Shown piece after piece: positions 23,162 to 34,505 of a stretch of DNA of 64,000 nt. Origin of the DNA: Cyanophora paradoxa CCMP329 (lineage: Eukaryota; Plantae; Glaucophyta). The stretch lies in NCBI GenBank assembly GCA_004431415.1, contig QPMI01000022.1, forward strand, positions 124,001 through 188,000, given 5' to 3'. The number at the start of each line of letters is the position of its first letter. Position 1 is the stretch's first letter. The notes below the pieces were generated by a model. It made no database searches. It had not been told where the DNA came from and worked only from the letters and a program-made list of their open reading frames with translations. A program made the translations under genes and the position numbers.

Positions 23162-26100
23162 ATGGCGTCAAGCTCCAGCGTGGGAACATCCGCAGCATCG
23201 GCGCCGACATGTACAGCGGCCTCGAGCTCGAGCTTCTGCTCCGCGGGTGCACGGGTGCACGTCAGCGCCGTCCCGCAGGACGTGCCGCGCATCTCACACG
23301 TCCTCGCGGACCTTGGCGCTCGCGGGCTTACTTTCTGGTGCGTGATATTCACGTGGTGCCGCGCCGATCTGCGCGCCTTTTGATTCCATTGGCTCAGCGC
23401 GGCACGCGATCTGCTTGGAGCGCTAGCCGCGGCCGAACGCGAGCTCAAGATCGTTGTTTGCGGTGGTGTCCGTCGGGCGACGGACGGGAGCTGCTGCTCG
23501 AGCGACAGATTTCTTCTCGTGGCATCGGTCGGCAGTGCAACGAGTACCACAATTTTCGACGAACTTAATGCCGGTAATAAACCTTCCCTGTCTTGCGCTC
23601 GCTTAAACAATGCGCTATAGCTGTCGATAGCTACCAGGAGCTGCATTTCCCTCCTCCTTCCATTTTCCCTCCCCTTCCCAGTCCGTCCCCCCCCCCCCCC
23701 CCCCCAACACCCACCCACCCACCCACCCACCCATCCCCCACCCACCCCACCCTATCCCTCCGCGGGCCCAGCCCCTTCCCCCGGCCCCTCCCCCCATCCC
23801 CTCCCTCCGCCCGCCCCCACCACCTCGTTCCCCGCCCGCCCCCACCACCCACCCTGGCCTCCTGACTTCCCACTCCAAGCCATCCCCCCCCCCCACCCCT
23901 CCGTCTCCGCCACCACCGCCACCCTGCCCGAACTCCCCCCCCCCCCAACCCCCAACCCTGACCCCCACCCCACCCCCCACCCCACCCCCCACCCCACCCA
24001 CACTCATCCCCACGCCACCCCCACCCTATCCCTCCGCGGGCCCAGCCCCATCCGGTCCCCGGCCCCCAGCCCCCGCCCCCGTCCCACTCCCCTTGCCCTC
24101 GTACCCCACCCCACCCCCACCCCCAACTGGCAACTGGATATGTGATTCGCCTCCGCTTCGCAGCGATCGACACAGGACTGCACGTTTTCCCCCTCTTCTT
24201 GCAGCGTTTCGACAAGGTCATCCAGGCTGGCGGTGATTGCTTCAAGATGCGCATCAGCCCTTTCCAGGTGTCTTAGCTTCGCTTCTAATTTATAAGCGGC
24301 CTCGCCCTAATTTACGAATGCAGCGGGAGCGGCTGCCTGGGGGGCGCGACGACTCCGACTACAAGGAGCGCCTCGACAAGCTTGCCGCTGCCCTCCTTCG
24401 TGCCCAAAGCCGGCGGCCGGAGATGGAGCCGCCCCGGGAGAACCGGCTCGCTCTTGGCCAGCACGACTCTATGGGCGCTGGGGCTCCTGATCCGCCCGGC
24501 GCAGCTGCGGTGAAGTGCACGTGGTCGCAATCGGAATCGCTCGACGGAGCCCCGCCCGTTCAGCCGCGGGTCTTCATCAGGTCGGTTTCATGCTGTCAAT
24601 TTCCGCATTTTTGCAATCTAGTTATAGCTCTCTCTATTATTCGCAGCTACGCTCATAACGATGCAAATGCGGTGCGGCCTATCAAAGAAGCTCTCAAGGC
24701 CAAAGGAGTGTCCTGCTGGTAAGAAGGCGAAATTTGAATGCTCTCGCTATAGATCTAAAGCCCTTCACGCATTTGATAGGTTCGACACGGACCAGCTTGA
24801 GCTTGGTGCGTCTTTGATTTAGGCTCCGAGCAGGCGTCTCTTGAGCTTTTTGGTTTGATTCATTCTTCCCTGCCCTCATGCAGGCATGCGCTGGGTTGAC
24901 GAAGGTACGCGTTGCTGAAGCCTATAGATTTAGATCAGCGCAGAGCATTAGATTAGATCTTGCGGAAGCGCAGCTGCTGAAAGCTTAAGTCGTGTACACA
25001 TTCACAGTGGCGCGAGCCGTTGCGCACTGCACGCACCTCATCTTCTTCGCCTCGGCAAAGTCTGTCGCCTCCCAGGTCTGCTATCGAAATCTTATTGTTC
25101 GCAATTCGCTCTTAACATTTATTCTCTTCAGTATTGCGGTGAAGAGCTTATGTTCGCTTACGATGAACGCAAGAGCATCGTCGTCTTTTACATCGAGCCG
25201 CGGGACGAAGTTGTGCCCAAGCTTCCACCCTCCCTTGAAATGCGACTCGGAATCCACCGCTTCGAATTCGTCGCATATAACTCAAGTGCGTGCATGGACG
25301 CCTCCGCATCGTCGAATGCAATCACTGCGGCGTTTCTAAAATTAACAAAGGTGCGTACCCGCTCTAAAAGTTCGAATTCTGAAAATTATTACCAAATGAA
25401 CTACGCAAATTTAACTTGAAATGCGCGGTCTCTGACGTTCTATTCGTTGCATTAAGCAGGGCCCCGTATGTGTCAATTGCGTGGTTGACAACGGTCATCC
25501 CACACTGGCGCTGAAGTCGAAACCTCGAAAGCGTTCTGTGTCTGAGAGCAGCGGCACCTGTGGAAACTGCAACCGCACACTCGCTATACGCGGCGACTTG
25601 CGGTTCAATGACGTGTTTCCTTCTGAGGTGAACCGGGACGAGCTCAGGAGGCTGAGGCTGGAGCACCTGCTGGACGACGACCGCGAATACGTACCGGAGG
25701 AGCTCGAGCGCGTCAGCCGAGACTCCTCAAGCGCGATCTTCACAGCGGTCGCCTTGCAGCCAGCGGACGAGACTGCACTCTCTGTAAGCTCGAGTTCTCG
25801 GACAAGCGACCGCAAGCCAATGCTGGCAGTGGAAGTCTACTGCAGCCGCACCGAATTCGAAGCTGAAATGTACGTGCCCGCTCCTTGCCAATCAAAGTGC
25901 ACTCATAATCAAGTGCTATTTTTATAATTCACGCAGTCGCGACAAGTGGGAGGCTGCGCAGCGGGCGCTGGCGCGCGGGGCCTGGTGCCGCCTCTATGGG
26001 GTCCCTACCTTGTGGGACTCCTCTGCGGAGCGCCGCGCGATCACGAAGACACTGGTTCGCGGCTGCAGGTATACGCGCTCATGATCATACGCCAGCACCC

Positions 26101-29100
26101 GCGGCCGTCCTTTCCGCTTGATCTAGAGCTTCGTTCTTTTCTGATTTTCTGTCAATCGCAACAGATTGAGAAACGAGATATCGCGCAACACGTTTCTGGC
26201 TGAAGAGGTCGCATCGTTCCTGGAGCAGGTTCGTGTCCAAAATGCGCGCGCGATCGCTTAATTATTCAGTTGAAGCATGTGCAGATGGCGATCATTCTGC
26301 ACTACCTTCACACGAAGGCTGACTTGCAGCACGGCAGCATCTCCAGCGATGCCGTCCGCGTCTCGTGGTCAGAGGGGAGATCGCAATCGGATCCAAATGG
26401 AGCACCGCGGTGCGCTGTTGCACACGCACTTTTTATAAAAATTCATCTTTTAATAAGCGAGTACAGGTTCATGCTGCGAGACATGGGCCTTGCAGTGAGC
26501 TTGCGGGAGCTTTCGCCTGCAGATCGAAGGCTGCGGGAGCAGTTCGACATCTTCTGCGTCGCCGCAGTCGCCCTCGAAATGGTCTCGGAAGGCAGCGTGC
26601 GGGCTTCGTTTCTGGACGACATGAACGTCGATGTCATGGCGACTCCGCCAAAAGACTTTCTTCTCAAGGCCCGAATGTACATGGCGCGAGAGCTCAGAGC
26701 TCCCCTGGTCCCCTTGGTACCCCTTCTCGCTAGATGCCTGCAGGTAATTCATATCTATGAAGTTATATTAATTACTGTGCACGCTTCTTCTTCTGCATCA
26801 AGATTTGCTTCTCCGCCTTCTTTTTCTGATCTGCTGCTGAATAGTTAACGGAGAGCGGGCGGATCGGAGTGGCAGTGGAGCTTTGGGCTGCTGTGAATGC
26901 TACTGGCCTTGCGAATGGTGCGTGAAAACGATCTCGAATCGATTCGCAGACCTCCAATCGCAATTTCGCGGCCGCTCCACAGACTTCGCACGGGATCAAA
27001 ATGACATCGCGAGGAACCAGATCAATCGGTTGCGGCGGGAAATGGCGCAGGCCGCACAGCCTGTTAAAGTCGCGGCTGGAAATCGCGCAATGGACATCGG
27101 TAACAATTCCTATTCAAACGCATTGCAGCGTGCTCCTGTTTCGAAATCCTGGTTGCCTGCAGGCACATCGATATCGGATTTGGAACCGCTCACCATCACG
27201 TTACATGGCTCGGCCACCCGCGTGGATCCCTGCTCCGTATATGAGCTCCTCCTCGGGTCGGCTGTCGCGGCAAACGTCATCAACCCTGTCAACATTATCC
27301 AGGTGCACCAGATCCAATCAGTTGTAAGGCCGGATCTTAATGTATTTACAATGCAGGCTGCCGCTTGCGCTCGCCTTCTGCTCCGTCGCATTGGAACGGG
27401 CAGTGCCGTCCTCGAGTTCGAGATGCCCCGGCCAGTCGTGGACGCCCTGTTCTCCCTCGAGTGCGATCTGCAAGGCTCCGACGCCCGTCTGTTGGCCGAG
27501 TGCGGCGTTCTCGAGCTTTCGACGACGGACAGGCGCCTCCGGCTGCCAGGTCTGCGCTCATAATGATGCTCTTCTTGTCTACGAATCGAACTGCTCACGA
27601 TTTGGTTCCGCACAGAGATCAAGCAGCGCTACTGGCTTGAATGGGGCAGCGACGTCTTTCTTCTGAAAGAATTTCGCTATCCGGTGAGCTTTATACATAC
27701 TGCTATATTATGCTATATATTATTCTCACATGATACCTCTGATGCCACTTTGCAGAAATCTGCAACAGAAAGTATTGAGGTCGGTTCATCACGTGTTATC
27801 CAGGTTCTGAAACCCGTCAACGAGGCGGGCGGGAGGGTGTCTGTCCCCAAGGCGGCGCAAAGCACGCTGAGCGACACCCGCCATGGCTTCCGTTTCGTGT
27901 CAATTCTTGGTGAGTGCGATCTGGCACGTGCACTGCCGTTGTGAGTGTTCGAAAAGCGCGGTCGCGGGTGCATATATATGCGCACGTGCAGGACCCACGC
28001 GTACCGGCAAGTCATACCTCGCCAACTGCCTTGTCGGCACCGAGGACCTGTTCGCCGTTCAGAACAGGAATTCCCTCACGGTTCGTGTACACGATCTGAT
28101 GCTTCGTGTACACGTATTGTGAACGAAGTGGGAACATTCGCCACCTCGCATACCCAGATCGGCATCGACACAAATGAACCGGCCTTGTCGTTCGAAGAAC
28201 TTCTTCGCCGGCACAAGATTTCAGACATCCGGAAGCAGCCGGACCAATGTTCAATGGTGCGAATTCCGCAATCGAGCGCCCTCCCGAGCGCGATTTATAC
28301 GTACGCACACTCCCAGATTCGCTTCCTCGACACGGAAGGCATGGGAGACCGCGAAGCATGGGAGAACGATCTCCAGGTATTTACAGAGTTCGTTATCGAA
28401 TCGACTCGCAATCGATTTCGATTACGCTGCCGGGCTTCAGGTCGTGCTTCCCGCCATCGCAGCGGCGAGCGTCGTCGTGGTCAACTTCTCGGGGCGCCTC
28501 GGCTTGAACAGGTTTTTAGGCGAGGTATGCTCCACCGAAATCTTAAAGAGGTTTGCTCTATCTTAACTCTGAACAGGTCGGTTTCCTTGCCTATGCCTGC
28601 AAGCAACTCCTGCGACAGGAAGCGAGAGAAGTAATTGTAAAATCGAACCCTCTAGATCTGTGGTGTCCGGAATTAATTCGTCGCAGATCCGCACCGCGGC
28701 GGGAAGCTCGAGCGCTAGCTCGAGCTCGAGGCGCCCCCCACTAGGACATCTGCACATCGTTTTTCGGAACTGGACAAATGCAGATACTGCGGAGGAGTAC
28801 CAGGACTATCTTTTCGAGCAGTACCCCGAGGCATGCATTTTGTTCAATGAACAACATCAAAGCAGCTGATGTGAATGCGCAGAACGCGACTAGAGAGCTT
28901 GAAGAAAATACGGCCAGCGTACGGGACGCAATCAAGCGCACGTTCGCTTCTGTTACCGTCCACACCGTTCCCCCGCCATGTGAAGCGGACGTTATTCAAC
29001 GGTGTGAATGGCTTTCCGAGCTCAAGATCTAGATCTGTGATGCCCGTACCGATCTGGGTTTTCGATTTCAGAACTTCAAGCATTCCCTTTTCAGAACTCT

Positions 29101-31188
29101 CTTCGTCTTTTATCAAAAAGATCCACCACCTAGTCCGGTCCATCGCCATCCAGGTATGTCCGAACCTTTCCTAGATTGCACCCCATACCGGCTGGCTGAT
29201 GTTTGATTCCACTTCATGCCCAGCTCTCCCAGCCTATGACGCACCTCCTCGCTCCTTTACATTCAACTGAAGCGCGCGCGGTCGACTTCATTCATGCTCT
29301 TGCACGCTCGGTGAGACGGTGCATTGGCTATCTCTGCATTGTTCATCCATCTTCGTCCGCAGATTGGCTCGTCGGGAGCCCTAGATCTAGATTTCTCTCC
29401 GGTTATGCAAGTCCTGCACCAGCAGGCTTGCGCTCGGGCCCGGCATGTCGCGATGGAGCGCTGGCGGAGAACTGCAAGCACGAGGCTGCTGCCCCCCGTC
29501 AACGCCGGCACGCTCGCCGCAGCGACTCGCGAGTTGGCATTCGAGTGCGAGAGGATATATGAGTCTGAGGCGACTTCGGCGGGTGTCCCGAACGTTGGAG
29601 TGGACCGGGAGGAGAACAAGGGGCTCCTGCGGCGCGAGCTGGCGCAGTGGGCGGCGGACGTCGCGTTCAGGAACGCGGGAGCCCTGAGGGATTTCTTCGC
29701 GGAGGCCGTCGCGAAGGCGCGGGCGGAGCTGCGCGGGCGGGCCGCCGCCCTCCGCGACGCCCCCGGCGTGATCGAGGAGGCGGCGCTCAGAGAGAAGGTG
29801 TCCTTGAATGTATTCAAGATCAGCGTATGCTATTTGCAATTGCTTGAACTCGAACTGACCACAGGTGTCTGCTTGGGCGGAGGACCTTGCGGACGAACTT
29901 CTCAGTCTTGCGGCATCCCGACGCATCACTGCTCCTGATCTAGAAGGCATTCCTGTGCGTTCGAAATCAGACTGCGCACGGCCGGCGCAACGATTCGTCT
30001 TAATCGGCACGCAGGATGCCGACGCGAGCGCCTTCGCCTGCCCTGAGATAGACAAGGCGATACAGGAAGTTTACAGGGCCGCGGAGGACGAGGTTCGGGT
30101 TTCTTTTTATCGGGCCTCCGCTTGCGATCGGGCCTCCGCTTGCGATCGGGCCTCCGCTTGCGATGTCTTGACGGGAATTCGAAGGGCATGGTCCTCGTAC
30201 AGCACATGGCGGTCAAGCGCGACGCGGCCGCGTCGAGGGCCCTCATGGGCGCGGAGCGCACGCTTCGGGAGGCCGTCGCGAGGCTGCCGCTCCCGATGGG
30301 CGCCGCGGCCCTCGACGCGGCGCTCGCAACTGCCCGACAGGCTGCAGGCGGGGCGAATCCTCCGCGCGAATTCGGAGCCCTCGCCGACGCTATCGAAGCG
30401 GACGCTCGCAACCGCAACGTCGCGGCAGCAGCAGCTTCCCTTCAAAGTATCGTTCACCGCGCCATGCGCGCTGCTCAGAGCGCCCCCGACATCGATATCG
30501 AGAATTGGGAGAAAAGCACCAGCAAGGAACTTGCGTCGGAGAAAGCTCGGGAGGCCTTCCAGCTCGCCGGGCTCGCCGGAGACGTGCCGGGCCTCTCCGC
30601 TGCGCGGGAGGCGCTGGAGAAGGAGCTGGTGGAGGAGTGCGAGTCTGCCCTCCGCGCCTGTAGCCGCGAGCGCGAAGAGGCCGCTCGCCGCGCCCAGCAC
30701 GCTAGCCAGATGGAGAAAATGGTGCTCGGCATGGAGCAAATGAAAGTTCGTCATGTGTTCGATTCTGTAATTTTGAAGTCGACTGACATGCATTTTCTGT
30801 ACTGTGCATGCGCAGCTGGACAACCGACGCCTGACAGAGGACCTTGAAAAGATAGCGAGCGAAGGACAGAAGCGTCTTCAAAGCCTAGAACGCAATGTGC
30901 GACCCCTGTGACTTTACACTGTGCATACATCCATTAAACATCAGGCCATCTTAGGTAATGGAGGCGGCTCGAGCTGCTGCGCAGCGGCCGATGCTCGACT
31001 ACGGAGGCGGAGGTGGAGGCGGGGGTGGCTGGGACATGTGCTCCTACAGCCCGGGGCCAGGGCGCTCCTCGGGCGGCGGGCGCTCATATGCGGGCGGCGG
31101 CCGAACGATCTACACGGGGCCGCGGGGCGGCCAGTACTACATCAACTCTAACGGGAACAAGACCTATTTGCAAACCCGCTTTAGCTAA
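23162..31188 (+). CDS. Multidomain putative immune protein: TIR (degenerate) - TIR - CxxC..CxxC - pseudokinase - unknown domain - GBP/atlastin-family GTPase - helical stalk - basic adaptor-like tail
   Basis: The inter-domain junctions checked splice in frame. TIR2: RVFI|SYAHND..IKEALKAKGVSCW|FDTDQLEL|GMRWVDE|VARAVAHCTHLIFFASAKSVASQ|YCGEELMFAYDERKSIVVFYIE. Kinase fold: MLAVEVY, ILHYLHTKADLQHGSIS, FMLRDMGLA, DIFCVAAVALEMVS, LLARCLQ. GTPase: FVSILG|PTRTGKSYLAN, SLT|IGI, IRFLDTEG, HIVFRNW, TVPPP. Tail: GRTIYTGPRGGQYYINSNGNKTYL. Confidence 0.8.
23640..24125 (+). repeat. C-rich low-complexity intron with an internal duplication
   Basis: Long C runs inside the ~590-nt intron within the first TIR (23575-24162); CCACCCTATCCCTCCGCGGGCCCAGCCCC occurs at ~23746 and ~24021. 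Confidence 0.8.
30109..30162 (+). repeat. 18-bp perfect tandem repeat x3 in an intron
   Basis: ATCGGGCCTCCGCTTGCG at 30109, 30127 and 30145. Confidence 0.9.
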
Positions 31189-31723
31189 TGGACGTCGCTC
31201 TTTAGCAGCGCGGCTTCAGGGCTAGGGCATATTGTTGCAATTGCCACTCTTTTACTGATCGTACCAATCGATTGCCAGTTAGGATCCGGACTATTTCCGA
31301 TCGCGATTGTTTCGTTTACGTTTATGTAAAGATGTTGGAGAAAATTTTCGAAATTTAGATTAGGTGCCTCGGACCCCGTAGTCTATGACGGCTCCCAAGC
31401 TTAAGCTCGCAATCGGGTCGCGATCGTGGGGCTACAGGCCAAGGGCGGAGGCCACCTCGTCGCCCTCGCCGCCCGCCACCTCCGGCCGCGGCCCCCTCCC
31501 TCCAAAATAAGGCTGACCATGAGCCTGTTTTGACCAAGCTCATGATGAAGCCGGCCGGCGCCTTGCAATTGAAGCATGTCTAGATCACGGGGACGCCTTG
31601 CAATAGCCTTGCAATAGGTGCTAGGGGGACGGGGGGACGGGGGGTGTTGCAGGGATAGCGGGGCGTCCTAGCGTCCTAGGTGCTGGGTCTGCTCTCCTCC
31701 TGGATCCGGGGCAGGTCATGGTC

Positions 31724-31778
31724 ACCTGAAAGAGGGAGCTGTCCGCCGCGAAGTTGTTCTCGATGACGGCCACCTGCC
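31724..31778 (-). pseudogene. Orphan duplicate of one exon (VAVIENNFAADSSLFQ) of the Toc34-like gene
   Basis: Near-identical to 35434-35488, including both splice sites; the neighbouring exons are not recognisable. Confidence 0.7.
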
Positions 31779-31900
31779 GGAGAAGGCCCGGGCCGGGGGC
31801 GTGCGTCAGCTTCGCGTCAAAATTCCGAGGCGAAATGACTTCGAAATGACTTCGGGGGCGGCTTCGAATTCGAATTCGAGTTCATCGGTTACGTATACTG

Positions 31901-31959
31901 TTTTTTTTTTGAGAGACTACGGTGGGGCGAACCCCCCGTAGGTAGTGATATTAAAGACA
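31901..31959 (-). mobile_element. Very short 5'-truncated non-LTR (LINE/SINE-type) insertion with poly(A) tail and 10-bp target-site duplication
   Basis: ACGTATACTG at 31891-31900 and 31960-31969 flanks T10 + GAGAGACTACGGTGGGGCGAACCCCCCGTAG... (hairpin). The same 3' end is found at 60122-60152. Confidence 0.7.
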
Positions 31960-32106
31960 ACGTATACTGCCCTCCTCGCCCCCTTTCAAAAATCCAAACG
32001 AATAATTAGAGCCTAGCTCTGAACCCTCTCAAAATCCAAACGAATATTTAATGATTCGATTGCGATGACAGATTGTTGTATTGATTGATTATGGTTTTAC
32101 AGCTGC

Positions 32107-34505
32107 TCAAAGCGCCACGCTCCAGTTCGACTGGGCCAAGCAGCCGCGCAGGAAACTCCGCGCTGAGTCCACGAGGCGCCTGCCGCTGGGCTCGTCTCGT
32201 TCGACATCCACCCCAATCTCCACCGTGATCCGCAGGCGCCGCCCGAGGGGTACCAGAAGGACGAGGGGCGCCAGGTCGGCCTCGCGCGAGACCGGAACAT
32301 AGATTTCAAGTTTACCGGCGTCCGCCAGGGCGCCGGCGAAGGCCCGGAAGAGCCCGAGACTGGGGCGCTGCTCGCGCTGCAGATTGGTAATGCTTGCTTC
32401 GAGCGTGAGGCCCGGCCAGGGCTGCAGAGAAGCCAGCTCCTCGAGGCTCACTTCCCTGTCCACCTGCGCGTGATCATGTTTATGATCATGCATATGATCA
32501 GGACCGTATTCGAATTAAATGAGGTTCCAGTTCATAGTTAATCGCAAACCGCAAACCGCGAATCGAACCTGAACCGCACAGCTCCGAAGCTTGGGCCGCA
32601 GACGTGATATCAGCTCAGCTATGCGAGATACATGCCCTCCTATCTGCAACGTGCGATTGCAATTCGGTGCCTTGCAATAGGGTGCGGCCGCGGGGGGGCA
32701 AACATACGTCGAGATCGACCGCCAGGCCCGGAATCGCGTTGAGCGCGTCGGTAAAGGGCCGCGTGTCCGAGGTGGGTGGAAGCTCCGCGATACTGCATAA
32801 CCGAATATGAAGATAGCTGCTTTATAGTGAAGGCACTGAAATCGGACCTGAAGAAAGCCTCTTTTAGGCTGCAGAGATGGGCAATATTAATGGGTGCGGA
32901 GCGCTGAAGGAGCGCGGGGTTCGACCCCCAGCTCTGATTGTGAGGCCGACTTACGTATACAAAGTCCCACAAGTTTGCGATCGTAAGAGGGCCCCTCGCA
33001 CCTTGAAAGAGAGGCGCTCAAGACCCGAGAGCTTCCCAAGCGCCTCAAACAAGCGCCCTGCGGCGTCGGAGCCCATATGATTAAAAAGCGCTGTAGAAAT
33101 GCCCCGTCCAAAGTGAAGCCCGCGAATGATCTGGATGAATATTCAAAATCGATGTCGGTAAATCGAATTCTAATTCCACTGCGAACCTGCGCGGCTCGCG
33201 CTTGGCCGGCTAGGGCATCGAGGACGTCCGCAGGGCCGATGTGAGGCTCGCGGCTATCATTCAAATCGACGTCGCCGTGATCATGAATCGAAAGCTGAGC
33301 CGGATACATTCCGTATAGTGTTATGGCAGGTAATAAATCGTGTGCATACGCACCTCGCCCGTGACGCTCAGCTCAAGGCGTTCGAGGTGGGGTTTCGAGT
33401 CCGCAAGCAAGAATGGCGCGGCGCGGCAGAGATGAGTTAAGGGCACAGCGACGTGGAGCGAGCGGATCGCGGGAAGGGCGCCCAGGAGCGTGTTGACGAA
33501 GCTGGCGCCGATGGGGATGGGGAAGCTCAGGTGCTCGAGGGATGCGAAGGGCATCAGGACGAGGGGAAGCATGCCGTCCTTGTTGAAAAGGAAACCGCCC
33601 CAGAAGAAGAATTTGAATCCACCGTAATCATTTGCATACATTTCGACATCCTCGATATTCTTGTCTATTTCAAGCTGGCGGCAATTGCAATTGCAATCGT
33701 GAGTCGAGGTCAACGTCAAGGATCGACGATCGAAAGGAAACCGATCGCGTTCGAGGTCTCGCACCCGCGTCAGCTGCGGCAGCGCCCCGAGCGCCGCGAG
33801 GAGTGCCTCGATGCGTGGCAATTTGTCGTAAAACGGGTGTAGAGGATCGAACAAAGTCACTGCATCTTCTAACAATGCCGCTTCACGACCATCCTCTAAT
33901 TGCGTCGAATCGCGAAACTCGACGTGCACGGAGCTGATTGTTGGCGAAGTGCACGCGAGGCTTGACACGAGCTCGATCGCTATGAGCGCTTCCGTGATCA
34001 TGTCGTCGATGACGTCAAAAGCGCTAGCGCTGAAGCGGAGATGGAGGGCCCGCGCGCGGCCCCACGCCGCGAAGCCAGCCTCCGGATGCAGCGAGGCTAG
34101 TGCGCGACGCATTCGCTGCAGATGCCTCTCGTTGAGCTCGGCGCGCAAGTCATCCGCATCTTCGAGCCGAAGGTGATCGGCTGCACTCGCCAACGCCCGA
34201 ATTTCCGCCTCCGGCGGCGCGAGATCCAGCTCGTCCCAGACGATATTCCGGAGGACGCTTCGCATGCGACGGCAAACTTGGTACGGGCGGCACTGCCGGA
34301 TCTTTGGCGTCAGAAAAACCGATTTCCGCGGTACGAATTTCGCGCGAACGCAGCGCACAATCAGGACGTCGTTCAGGCCGACGTCGACAGAGCGGACGAT
34401 CTGCACGAGCAGCTCGTCCGGGAGCGCATCCAAGCGCGGCTGAAAGCTCGAGATTGCGGCGTCGCGATCGACGCGCGCCCGCTTGGGATTTGGCTCTGAC
34501 TCCAT
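32107..34505 (-). CDS. F-box protein with degenerate LRR-like C-terminus
   Basis: RLDALPDELLVQIVRSV...VCRRMRSVLRNIVWDELDL (F-box), followed by LPQLTR, ASLEHLSF, PAIRSLHV and PHLERLEL repeats. The 3' exons are approximate. Confidence 0.7.
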
